A stretch of DNA of 63,807 nucleotides, filler included, from Choristocarpus tenellus KU-1152 (taxonomy: Eukaryota > Protista > Phaeophyceae), in assembly GCA_964200185.2 (NCBI GenBank). It is 11 parts of 11 records of this genome, joined end to end, with 100 filler letters (N's around TTAATTAATTAA, not from the genome) between each part and the next. Parts side by side here need not be neighbours in the genome. Positions count along the whole stretch, not along the records: positions 1 to 2,926 come from CAXNAD020023606.1; positions 3,027 to 14,440 come from CAXNAD020002332.1; 9 more parts are not named here. One strand, given 5' to 3'. The notes beneath the pieces were generated by a model. The model searched no databases. It saw nothing but the letters and a program-made list of their open reading frames with translations, and was not told where the DNA came from. Shown one piece after another: positions 1 through 10,780 of the stretch (position 1 is its first letter; every line of letters begins with the position of its first letter). The position numbers and the translations under genes were made by a program.

Positions 1-96
1 CCCCACTGGTTCTACACCACGAAACACTTTCTGGCAACGCCTTCCATGGTCGCACACGCAGCGAGACAAGAGGAAAATTCCGAGAAAATTACTCGC

Positions 97-2769
97 CTTC
101 CCTTGAAGTCCTTGGACCCGTCCGGACCCTCTGGCACATACCCCAGCGTTGCCAACATGGCACTCTCATAGTTCAGCTGCTTCTTGGCCTCCTCCGCCGC
201 AAGCTCTTCCTCGCTGGGACCCTGTTCATCCCTTCCAAAGCGCTAACAAAACCCCCCCCCCAAAAAAAAACAAAAAACAAGAGAGAGTCCCGTCAGTTGA
301 CGGGATCCGCCACGTTTCGATGTTAGATAAATAAAAAAATCAACTGGCGAATGTGTACACATATGAAAGTCAAAATTATAAAATCAAAATTATAAAAAAT
401 AAAATCAATAACCGAATGGAGGGGGGGGGGCGGGGGGTGGGGAGGTGTGGTTGGATGGAGGGTTGGAGGCAGCGCGTGCTTCAACAGAACTTTTTGTTCT
501 TTCTAATCAATTTGTTAATTACTTAATTTTTTTTTCAACACATTCTCGTTCTCGTCTCTTTTTGCCAGTAGTGGAAGGGGCAAGGTGGGTGACGTCGCCG
601 GTTGGAGGTACATATACAAAAAAATATCTATATTTATATATCTGTATTTATATGTATCTTATCGTCAAAAAAAAAAATACAAAAAAAAATAGTGGATGGC
701 CTTACATGTCCTCATTGATAGTGGAAGCAGCGGTTTATACTACGTACTTGCTTTTTCTTTACTGCCCTCTCTTGTCACTCTTATCACTCTTATCACTCTT
801 ATCAACCTGATCAATCTTATCACTCTGATCAATACTATCACTCTTATCGATCTGATCAATATGATCTTATCACTCTTATCGATCTGATCCATCTTATCAC
901 TCTGATTAATATTATCACTCTTATCGATCTGATCAATCTTACCACTCTGATTAATATTATCACTCTTATCGATCTGATCAATCTGATCAATATTATCAAT
1001 CTGTTCAATATTATCATTCTTATCACTCCATTGTACCACAACCCTACACTAAAAAGAGTACAAGAACACAAAACTAATAACTAATAACTCACAACCATAC
1101 TTTCCCCGCCCCCCCCCAGCACTAGCCACAACACCACTGCCTTGAAAACTGGGCTGAGTATCAGTATGAGTATCCACCACAACCAAAAACAAGAACAATA
1201 AAGATGCATGTATCCATTGCAACCTACAGTCAATACCTACAACGACCAACAAACCTTCTCTCCTGCCACAACACCAACAATCAATCCAACACATCTTCCC
1301 CATCCCCCCCCCACCCCCCCCCCCCCCCCCCCCACCTCCATCCCCTTCCACTTCCCCTCATTCAGCCATCCTCTAACCCTAACCCTAACCCTAACCCTAA
1401 ATCCCCCACGCTCAACTCCTCACCTAACCAAGGACTCATTGCACAAGTATGCGCACTCTTAAGTACGTATGTACACGATATAATTGTCAATAAAAGGTAT
1501 AAAACTGTACCTGATTTGTCCTTCGTCTCCTCCCCCGAAACTTGGCCTCCTCCTCCGCTCTTTCCGAGAAAATCTCATCTTCTTTAGATCCCACCACAGA
1601 GAGGAACTGCTCCAGTCGCCCGAGGTCCTCCACGGTTCCCTCTCTTGTGAGGTAGCCACCCTGCCATCCAGGAATAAGGTCTCGGTATATCTGATCGCAA
1701 GATGCAAAAGGGACGTGACAGTGGCGATTTGATACACTGTTCATTCATCACTGTGTTGTGTGAAGTATTGTATGAAGTGTTGTGTGAGGCGTTGTATGGA
1801 GTATTGTATGAAGTGTTGTGTGAGGCGTTGTGTGAAGTGTTGTGTGAGGCGTTGTGTGAAGTATTGTCAACTTATTTTGAGTTTGCACGCTCCTGTTTGA
1901 CCCTGTCGTGCCTTGCTGTTTTGTGTACTGTGTTGTGTATTACTGAGTTGACTATTGTGTTATATATTACTATGTTGCGTTATCTGTTGTGTGTGTTGTG
2001 TTGTGTACTGCATTGTGTGTTACTGCAACATGTACTGTGTTGTGTACTGTGTTTTGCATTGTGTTACAAGTTTCCATGTATGGTCGTTGTACCTCATAAC
2101 TCTGTACCTTACTGCAAAGTGTGCTGTGTCATGTGCTGAGAGTACCATGTGATACACTCTCCATTCTTCCAGAGAGATGTGCAGTAAGTTGATATACGCC
2201 ATTGACTGTGACTGACCACAGTGTACTGTATGATACACTGCAGATCATATCTCCCACCTGTACAACACTGTATCCATTCCTACAAATCAAACTTATAATC
2301 ACAGCTATATCTACTCTAACAGATACTACATACATTAAACTCTCTTTAAAAAAAACCACTGTGTTGCCCGTATCTCCATGTTTCTCATTATTTCACACAA
2401 AAACAACCCTACACCATCATCCAACACATTTCATATTTTTATATTTTTCAAAAATTAATACCAAAGAAAAAACAAAAATATGGTGCAACAAAAACTTCAA
2501 CTTCAATGCAGGAAAATTCATCGCACCCCAACTAAAGAACCTGTGAAAGCACAACAAACACATAGTCGCCAAAGAAAGAACGCAAATAAAGCCCACCCCC
2601 CCTCCTCTCCCCCCTCCCCTAAGCCTCAAATCCCCCTTGCCTGAAAAAGAAGAGCAAACGCCTCCTCGCTGATGTCCAGGGAGGGCATGTGGGGAAGGAA
2701 ATCATTGCCCACCAAAAAAGTCAAAAAAACAAAGTCATCCACTATCCTCTCCAGCGCCAGTTTCTCCGT
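97..2769 (-). CDS. XRN1: 5'-3' exoribonuclease (XRN family, probably XRN1), three internal exons; partial
   Basis: Exons 2641-2769 ([28 protein letters not shown], the XRN GNDFLPH signature), 1511-1690 ([15 protein letters not shown]...LGRLEQFL...EDEIFSER) and 97-242 (RFGRDEQ...KDFKGR) splice in frame. The acceptor at 2770 is tentative. XRN1 versus XRN2 is inferred from motif variants. Confidence 0.88.
773..1028. repeat. 9-bp-period degenerate tandem repeat (ATCACTCTT/ATCAATCTG) in XRN intron
   Basis: Repeat is directly visible and explains the low-complexity ORFs at 696-1071. Confidence 0.9.
1373..1400. repeat. Interstitial telomeric repeat (CCCTAA)n
   Basis: About 4.5 perfect CCCTAA units inside an intron. 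Confidence 0.85.
1751..1868. repeat. 12-bp-period tandem repeat (GTGTTGTGTGAR)
   Basis: About 9-10 degenerate units; source of the [11 protein letters not shown]. Confidence 0.85.
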
Positions 2770-2926
2770 CTTTTTAATAAAATAAATAAATAAACAGGAA
2801 AAGTCGGACAGATGGATGGACCAACAGGAAAAGATCAAAAAGAAAAATCAATAGGATTTCTTTTTTTGAAAAGTAGGGGGGGGGGAACCAGAGTGACGCA
2901 GAGACGGCGGGTGGTGGTGAAACAGG

Positions 2927-3026
2927 NNNNNNNNNNNNNNNNNNNNNNNNNNNNNNNNNNNNNNNNNNNNTTAATTAATTAANNNNNNNNNNNNNNNNNN
3001 NNNNNNNNNNNNNNNNNNNNNNNNNN
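2927..3026. other. Artificial contig-join spacer (N44 + TTAATTAATTAA + N44)
   Basis: Identical spacers at 14441-14540, 23281-23380, 28645-28744, 31430-31529, 44180-44279, 47714-47813, 51085-51184, 54187-54286 and 60737-60836. The linker has stops in all frames. Confidence 0.97.
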
Positions 3027-3084
3027 CACCTGGCCACAAGGGCTGGGAGGGTTTTTTGAAAAAGAGGGGGCGGGGGGGTTAGGA

Positions 3085-3420
3085 AAAAAAGAGGGGAAAA
3101 GGGGGGGGGGGGGGGGGGGATGCCGCTTGCTTGCTCCAAACTATAAAGGTTATGCAGTGTGAAAGGGGCATTTGGGGGGTGGAAAGTAGCTTCAGGTATG
3201 GGATTGTGCATGATGTGCATCGATTGGTAGGTAGACCCATGCATTAAGGAACAGGAATGCTGTAAGACCTGATGAATATCAAGGGGGTACATTACGATGA
3301 TTGCTTTGCATTCATCCCAATTTTCACAAAGTCTCATTGGGTATTCAACTCCACCCTCCTTGTCCCTCAAATGTCAAGCCTTCCATCAACTAGGAGAGCA
3401 ACATATATCGAGCCATTCGT
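3085..3420 (-). mobile_element. Possible decayed LINE reverse-transcriptase fragment in a SEC63 intron
   Basis: Frameshifted minus-strand peptides (FEGQGG; AKQ..YPLDI; EATFHPPN...SLEQ...FSPLFF) loosely follow the order of non-LTR RT motifs QGGF / LDxxKAYD / QGxPLSPLLF. Confidence 0.3.
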
Positions 3421-3930
3421 CAACAGGGTTGGAACTGAAGCAACAAATAGGAGTGTGAGCGCACAGAACACTCCCACTTCAACATTAGCAGGAAAGTTTC
3501 CATTTCCACAGCCCCAGATACACCCATGCACTGTAGGAGCACTTAGGAACATGGGACAAATCACACCAAAACCAACTGACAAACCACTCAACCTCAAGAT
3601 CCCAATTCCCTCCAAACCATGGCATCTCTTACTGGGTTAAAAAAAAACATCTCGTACAATTCTGACATGCAGAGCAGAGGGAAGGAGAGGTGGGGTTGAC
3701 CACTATAAGTGAGCACCTTTTCACCAAAAGACTACAAGTTGAGAGGACGAACAGTCAAGATAAATGTCCTTTTCAGACAGATCAATACTACTCTGCTCCA
3801 GTCAGTGCACTTGTTGCTCAACATCCCCTTGACATTCACTGTGATTTTAGTACCTGAGCCTAGGGTTAGGGATGGGAGGCGGGACAAAACCACCTCTCTA
3901 GGTATTGGTCATTGCGGTGGAGATACTTAC

Positions 3931-6900
3931 AAGGGATAATGATGACCATAGCAATCAAGTATATGATGAGGATCTTATTGTGGTAATCCTTGTCAAGGAG
4001 GAAAGTCGGGAGAGCAATGGACACCTCCATTGGCTGCTTGCCGTCTGGGTTTCCATACACCTCCCAGTTCTTCTTGGACTGAACATAGGGAGTATCCAGT
4101 CCCAGGATGAAAAAATATATACACAAGGGCATTAGTAAGACAGCAGAAGTCACAGTGCAACAGGGTGAGGGAGGGAGAACACAAGGTGGTGGGATCCATG
4201 AGAATCAATAGGCAAACAAAAAAAATGCAGTAAGATTGCATGCACCACCGCCACGGGACAAACCCGGGACACACCATAGGGAAGGAAGGTGTACATGAGG
4301 GGGGCAAGCACAAGCAAGATGAGTGCAGTACACCATCAAATCACACCCAATGATCATTGCATTTACACATACAGCAACCTCCAGAGCACAAATCAGGGCC
4401 ATACCCACCCCCCTTTCCCCTCCTAATCACACCAAAAGCATATATATGGCAACACCAAAACGCATCTCCTAATCAAGTACGTTCTATGACAACACTCAAC
4501 CATTAATACAACCGCCAAGATGACTGAGGCAAGAGCAGAAGAGTATCACCACGCCTTGACAGCTCACGACATCAATCCTGGAGAAGCCCTTTCCCCTTTC
4601 CCCTTTTCCATAATTCCATATCTACCATCGCCTTCATAGTCCTCCCCTTCCCTCTAGGGTACAGGCAAACAGTCACCTGCTCGTCTGTGAGAGCCTCATA
4701 CGCCTTAGCAATTTTCATAAACATATCTTCCGCAACCTTGTTCCCCGGGTTCTAAACAAAGGAGTCAAAAGCAGCGGGAGAAAAACAGAGCGGGAGGGGA
4801 AGGTTAGATAGACCATCGCAATCAAGGGTCACAGCCGTCTACTCCTCTCAAGTGACAAGACTGCACACCATGGATTTCGTTCAGCTTCGAGGCAAGCAGA
4901 ACCATTAGTGACAGACACCACACTACCCCACACAACTCTCGACGCATAGTTGGAGAGGATTTTTTTTTTGTTAATATGCCTAACCAACAACCATAACGTA
5001 TTGAACGGAAACAAGAGTCAATAATACAAAATCATCACGATATCGATCCTGACTGGTCGGTCGGTGGTCGACCATCCCCTCTCTCAACGCGTTCAAAAAA
5101 AAAAGAAAAGCATCCAATCGTGTCTGCAGCAGCGGCATACAGTGGTGTGTGTTTGTGTTTTCAAGTGCAGGGGAGGTAGGTAGGAAAGGAGGGCAAACAA
5201 TCAGAGCTTCTTCTCGGTACACCCGGTTAACCTGAGGGACCACGCTAAAGGCGTTTTGACAGCACCAGACCAACCCTGTCAAAAGAAGTTCTCACACAAC
5301 GGACCAGCTGGGTGTCAGGGCATCTCTTCCTCAAGTTGCTCTTTTCACGTGATGCACAATGGCTGAAAATGTATATAAATATATATATACATACACACGA
5401 TTTCTTGTAACCCCCAACCCCAACCCATTATATTTTTTTACAACATACGGCACGAAGAGTTTTTGTACTTCACAACTTTTTGGGAAAAATAAAAGTGAAA
5501 CATCAAGGCACTGCATGTGACAGACTGGCTATTCAGGGTGCGCCCAAACCTTTCAGGCCACGAGAAGATCGCCACCAACACGTACACCAACAGCATCACC
5601 CCAAGGCTACCTCACACTCACCAAAAATAAAATTTTAAAACATGCTGGTGCTGCACTGTTTCAGAGCCCATTCCATCACACAACAGACAAACCACTCAAT
5701 GCAAAGTATAACCTACGACCCAACCTTGCTTGTCCCCAAAAACGCCCACCCACTATACTATGAGACCCTTCTTCTCTTGCTGCTCGATTACCAGCAGTAC
5801 ACCTGTCGATGTACACCCATTGTACAATTTCAAGTACATCAACACACAGCAGGCGTTATCATTGAGGAAGCAAAACCAACACACAAGTCAGCAGAAAGTC
5901 ACTCTCGACAGAAATGTCTCCTTTCCGTTTTATTTCCCAACAATCTACAACCCCTTTTTTTAATTTCAGAAAAAATAAATAAATCCACAAAGAGCCAACG
6001 TATCTTGGGGGGTAAAACCGTGTCCATTTGGGGGCCAAAATCCAATGTTGCTATTTTTGATGTAATTTTGACTATCGTTTTTGTTAGGCAGTGTCAATAT
6101 CCTTGTTCTGGACACACCTTTTCATAACGGGTACATTTTACTTACTCCAAAACATTTTGGAGTAGGAAAATGTCATCAAAAACCCATGGGAAGCCAAGCC
6201 CTAAATGGACAAACAGGGCAAAACTAGTACCCTCTAAGATACCTTCACTCAAAGCAATACACCCAGACATTCAAGAAGCTACTTGTCCACAGGGAACGTG
6301 AGTGTGGACCGCCCTGCCTACACAAAAGTGGTGTTCTTTATCTGTACATTGGCCTTGCCCCTAACACAGCCCTAACCCTTCACATCTACAAAACAAAGCA
6401 GCTAGTCCAATCTCAGTAACCTCTTCCAAAAGCGAATGTGTGACATCTCAGTAACCTCTTCCATCCCACCTTGACAACTCTCCCCCCCCCCGCCTGACTT
6501 ACTTTTTCCTTCTGCTCCTTCCCAAACACCACAAACACTAACACTCCCTTTTCCTGCCTGAGTTCCCTCGAAACAAACATCTCAATCTCAACAAGCAATC
6601 AAGTTCCTCGCAAATCAGGCACTATCTACTCTTGCTCACTGTCTCAAACCCCGCCCCACTCCCCACCAACTCCTCTGCCTTCCAATCAAACCCCATACCA
6701 AAAAAAGGGGCCCCATTACATTAGTGGAACAGTGAACACAACCACGAAATGCTACTGTCTCTACATTCGAAAAACCAAACTTCAGCAACCTGTGGGTTGA
6801 TCGCATATTCTATTTTCAAATCCCTTTCAAACTGTAACATAAATTGCCCACTTTTTTTTTGTAAATCAACAGAAAATAAAAAGAAAACACTCACAAGACC

Positions 6901-9900
6901 ACAAAAAAAAACAGACTGCTGTTGACGGCTCTGTAGCACCCAGTGAAGACAACAGACTCATCCTGCCACCTCAACCACCACCACCAAGCAGATACCACCA
7001 TCACTGCCATCACCGCCAATGATTTACCTTGTCAGGGTGATACATCTTGGATAGGTTCCGATACGACTTCTTGATTTCCTTTTCTTCCACCCCCGGGGAC
7101 ACTCCAAGGATAGCATAAGGGTCAAATCGAGCAATCTCAGCGTCATCTCCCATAGAGGATATCAGATACACAAAGAAGCACCATCCTCCCACCAGACTTA
7201 GCACCTGCCCAGGCACATACAAAAAGCACCCCCAATAAAACAATAAAAAACACACATACACACATACACACATAAACACATAAACACATGCACATGCACA
7301 CATACACACAAACACACATGCACACATACACACATACACACATACACACATACACACACACACACGAACACAAACACGCACATGTTTCAAGGAGAAGAAG
7401 AAAAAAAATAAAAACAAAAAAGGAAAAAAAAACGGTTCCAACACGAGCATTCAAAGCATATTGCAAAAAAAAAAATCAACACCAGACCTGGAAGAGGAAA
7501 AAAAAAATGAAAAAAAAAGGAAGCAACGTTGAGTCAAGAAAAACACACACACCACCACCAACAACAACACAGCTGCTGTCGATGCAGATATATCTATTCC
7601 TGGGGGAGAGGGGTGAGGAGTTTTCAACATGTTCAATTGCCATTGTGTACTGCATAGCGATGTTTAAAATATTGTGGGGCCGGGGGGGGGGTTAAGCGTG
7701 TACGTATATGTGCAAAAGTTTAGATTTCTTTCATTTCTCAGGGAAATTCAATTCGCTGCCTAACCAGCAGGACAAAAAAGCAATCGACTTGGAGGAAGTG
7801 AGGGCAAGGGAGGACTCTTTTTATATTCCACACAAACAACAGTAACAATAATAATGATAATAATAATAACAATAATACTAATAAAAATAATAGTAATAAC
7901 AACAACAACAACAACACTGAGGTTGCAATCACATCACAACAAGGTCGACTTTCAATTTCAAATTGCTCACTATCATGTATCATCACCACCATCAGGGAAC
8001 CCAATGTATTCCAGCGCACCTACCAAAGTAGAACCAACTACACAGCACGCTTGGGTTGGAGGCGGAAGTCAACAAAGCTGGGCGAGAGCTGCCTTGTACA
8101 CGGTTGATATCGTTGCAACCTGTACCCTTTCATCAATTCCAACAACACTGTTACTCCTAAGCCCTCAACAAATCAACAGGAATATCGTTGATCCTTCCCA
8201 ACATCCAATCCCTTCCATGCACCCTACCCTTCCTCCTTAGCCTCCTCTTAATCCTTGTACATGTACAAGGAATACCTCATTCCGCAGAGGCCTGGCTGGC
8301 TAGCTCTCTCTCTCTCTCTCTGCCAAGAGGACGGTCTAAACCAGATCCTCCGCAAACTGTATACAAATCAGTTTCTGAAATAATTAGATCAGTAGGGTCG
8401 TGAATCACGACGATCCGTTCGATCAAAAAAACTACTGAGATCATAATTTCAAAAATTATCCATTTGAAAGACTCTTCTTCATTGTGCAACGGTACGCATG
8501 TTTTAGGATTCGTTCACAAAGATTCATTTGCATCTCAGCTCAGGATTTCCACCACCACCCAAAGGCGTTTGTCACTTCGAGCGTCTCTCGCATAACGCGC
8601 GCCACACACACACGCTTTGATTGGTGCAACGGAGAAGAAAAAAAAAAATGTTCCAATTTGATAGATATCAGTCGCACACTCGTGAACATTCTTTCGACTC
8701 ACAAAAGCTCAAACCAAAAAAAAACAAAAAACATATTTGAGCAATTTCTGAAGCCAGCGCACCGCGCGTGTAGGAAACTGGATAAGACCACTCTACACGA
8801 TGTCCATAACACTGCCTACGGGTGCAACGAACAGCAAGGAGCGACACTCAAGACCTCAGTACAGTCACGCAAATATGAAAATCAAAATGTGACGCATTTG
8901 GACGCAATCGAAAAACACGTGAGAGCGAAACGCCTACAGTTTATCGTCAACACCACACACTCACAACACACTATTGATGGGCACAGCATCAACTGCGATA
9001 CAGTCCAACGTAGCTCAACAGGCCTCGCTTACTGATACGTTTGCTGAAGTGGCCGGAAGGCTGAGAGAAGAGGATTGGAATATTCACACTACCACTACCA
9101 CAGGCCGAGGCAGTAACTCCATAAAAAAAAACTCTTCCACATGCAAGAGGGGTAAGGACTGTCAAGTGCTGATGTTCAAAGAGATGTGCGACATTAGACC
9201 ACGAGAAAATTGTACATCATATATTCAGGCTACACCCCCAGAATTGTTGCAAAATTCACTTTTGATCCCACACTCCACTCTTAATTATATAGGTCTTTTG
9301 GCATGGGATAGGCCAGCAGAAGTGAGAGTACACCATTCTGCCAAAAAGAAGGGCAATCATCAAAGTCAATCAGGAATAACAACAAAACAAATCCAGGCAT
9401 GACAACAAGCACCACACAGCTCTTACTCAGCATCTGTTGTCATCATGGTGTGCAAAAAAAAATACAGCCAAGTGCATTTTGGGGGTATGTTGTGCAACAA
9501 CAGAGGAGCTGGGTTAGGGAAGAATTACAAACCTTTAAGACAAAAGTCCATCGCCTAACAAGAACTCCAAGCCCAATTTTCTCCTTCTTCAGGCGAGAAA
9601 TCTTGGCCGCTTCAGCCTCCGTGCGAGCCTGCAGCTTTACATCTCGAGCAGGGAAAATGGCACGGAAAATCTGTGCACCAACACCCAGCATCACCCATAC
9701 CATCCCACCATTAACATTGCATGTCACACGCCAGGTGAGCCAAAGGCATTGGGGGGGGAGGGGGAAGACAGTGCACCTTTCAGAAGAGGAGAGTACATAC
9801 AGAAATGTGAGATTTAAAAAAAGGTAGTAGTCCCTAATGTGCATCAGCAACACTCTGTTGCTGATTACTCTGCAGTGACCTACTTCATTGAATCTGAGGT

Positions 9901-10312
9901 TCATCTGAAGAATTTTGGAGGGCATCTTTCCACCAACACCATATCCTCTACCACTCGGACTCTGAGTCTGTGCCCTATCCATTATAGGCGTTGCCCTGCT
10001 TCGTCCCTCATCTAAACCTACCATACCCTCGGATCAACAAATCCTGAAAAGCCTTGCCCTTGTCTTTATCTACCAAGGTTGCAGCAGAGGGTACAATAGT
10101 GAAGTGTCAGTCGTCCTTCATGCCTTGTGACCAACGCCAGTTCATCCAACCCAAAAAACCCATCAAAGCTCAGTGTTCTGCCAAAATCCCGCTCGTAGAT
10201 ACCATACCCCAATGCACACCTGGCCTATGGTGGTGAATGTCACTGGCACCAAACAAATGGAAATCAAGGAGAGGGTGAAGTAGTAGAACGCGGAGTTGTC
10301 GTATTCAAGCAT
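3931..10312 (-). CDS. SEC63: Translocon subunit SEC63 (J-domain membrane protein), exons 1-5; 3' end missing
   Basis: Exons 10220-10312 ([15 protein letters not shown]...), 9533-9670, 7028-7204 (FDPYAILGV...MYHPDK), 4677-4751 ([25 protein letters not shown]) and 3931-4078 ([20 protein letters not shown]). All GT-AG with consistent phases; HPD motif and YGNPDG..IALP signature present. Confidence 0.95.
5992..6250 (+). mobile_element. MITE, ~259 bp, copy 1
   Basis: Imperfect TIRs GAGCCAACGTATCTTGGGGGGTA ... TACCCTCTAAGATACCTTCACTC, flanked by AAA/AAA. Aligns over its full length with 53783-54040. Confidence 0.85.
7251..7385. repeat. (CA)/(CACATA) microsatellite
   Basis: Directly visible, in the SEC63 intron just upstream of exon 3. 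Confidence 0.9.
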
Positions 10313-10649
10313 GGCTTCGTGATGATAGGCGTGCCCCAGCCAGCTGGGGGAGCGCGGGCGGGACTATATCACTGGGCTAATTCCACGGCGCCCTCCTTCC
10401 CTGTGAGAAACTTGCCTCCCCGTGTCCACTTCAGTGGCCAGAGAAGGCAAGTGCCAACAGACCTAAGAAAAGCGCAGGGAGACTTGGTATTGAGTTGGGC
10501 GTTGCTATCTTGGCACGTGTCCTACGCAAGATTAAAGGAGAACGGGGGCGTACCAGGTCTATATTAAAGAAATATAAAGCATATATTCATTCATAAATCG
10601 CATTGCACATGTCACTGAAGCACAGTGACTGACATATGTGCGACGGGGT

Positions 10650-10780
10650 TGTTGGTTGGAGACTGCTCTCTCCACTCTCGATATGTATATGTCTTCCATG
10701 CCTAACAAGAACAACTAGACCAACTTTAAGAGAGTTATTATGGACCTTCACTACCAACAGATCAGGTTATACGCCCCAAC
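10650..10780 (+). mobile_element. Short LTR remnant (TGTTGGT...ACCAACA, 110 bp) followed by a degenerate copia-type PBS
   Basis: 7-bp inverted termini with TG..CA at 10650-10759. GACGGGGT lies upstream, and downstream GGTTATACGCCCCA resembles the copia PBS GGTTATGGGCCCAG. Confidence 0.4.

Noticed and set aside
696-2152. Low-complexity ORFs (ITLITL, VLCE, poly-G/P)
   Set aside because: Translations of intronic tandem repeats and homopolymers within the XRN gene.
2971-2982. Recurrent TTAATTAATTAA palindrome
   Set aside because: Artificial linker between N runs. Gene neighbourhoods across it (e.g. SEC63 with SRP14) are not real synteny.
4880-5040. Possible box C/D snoRNA in a SEC63 intron (GTGATGA ... 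CTGA, minus strand)
   Set aside because: Boxes are ~155 nt apart, with no convincing terminal stem and no recognisable rRNA guide.
9056-9233. RNase P RNA-like CR-I (GGAAGGCTGAGA) and CR-V (ATTCAGGCTAC) motifs
   Set aside because: P4 pairing has a G-G mismatch, no convincing CR-II to CR-IV or P1 helix is visible, and it lies antisense in an intron. An Rfam scan would settle it.
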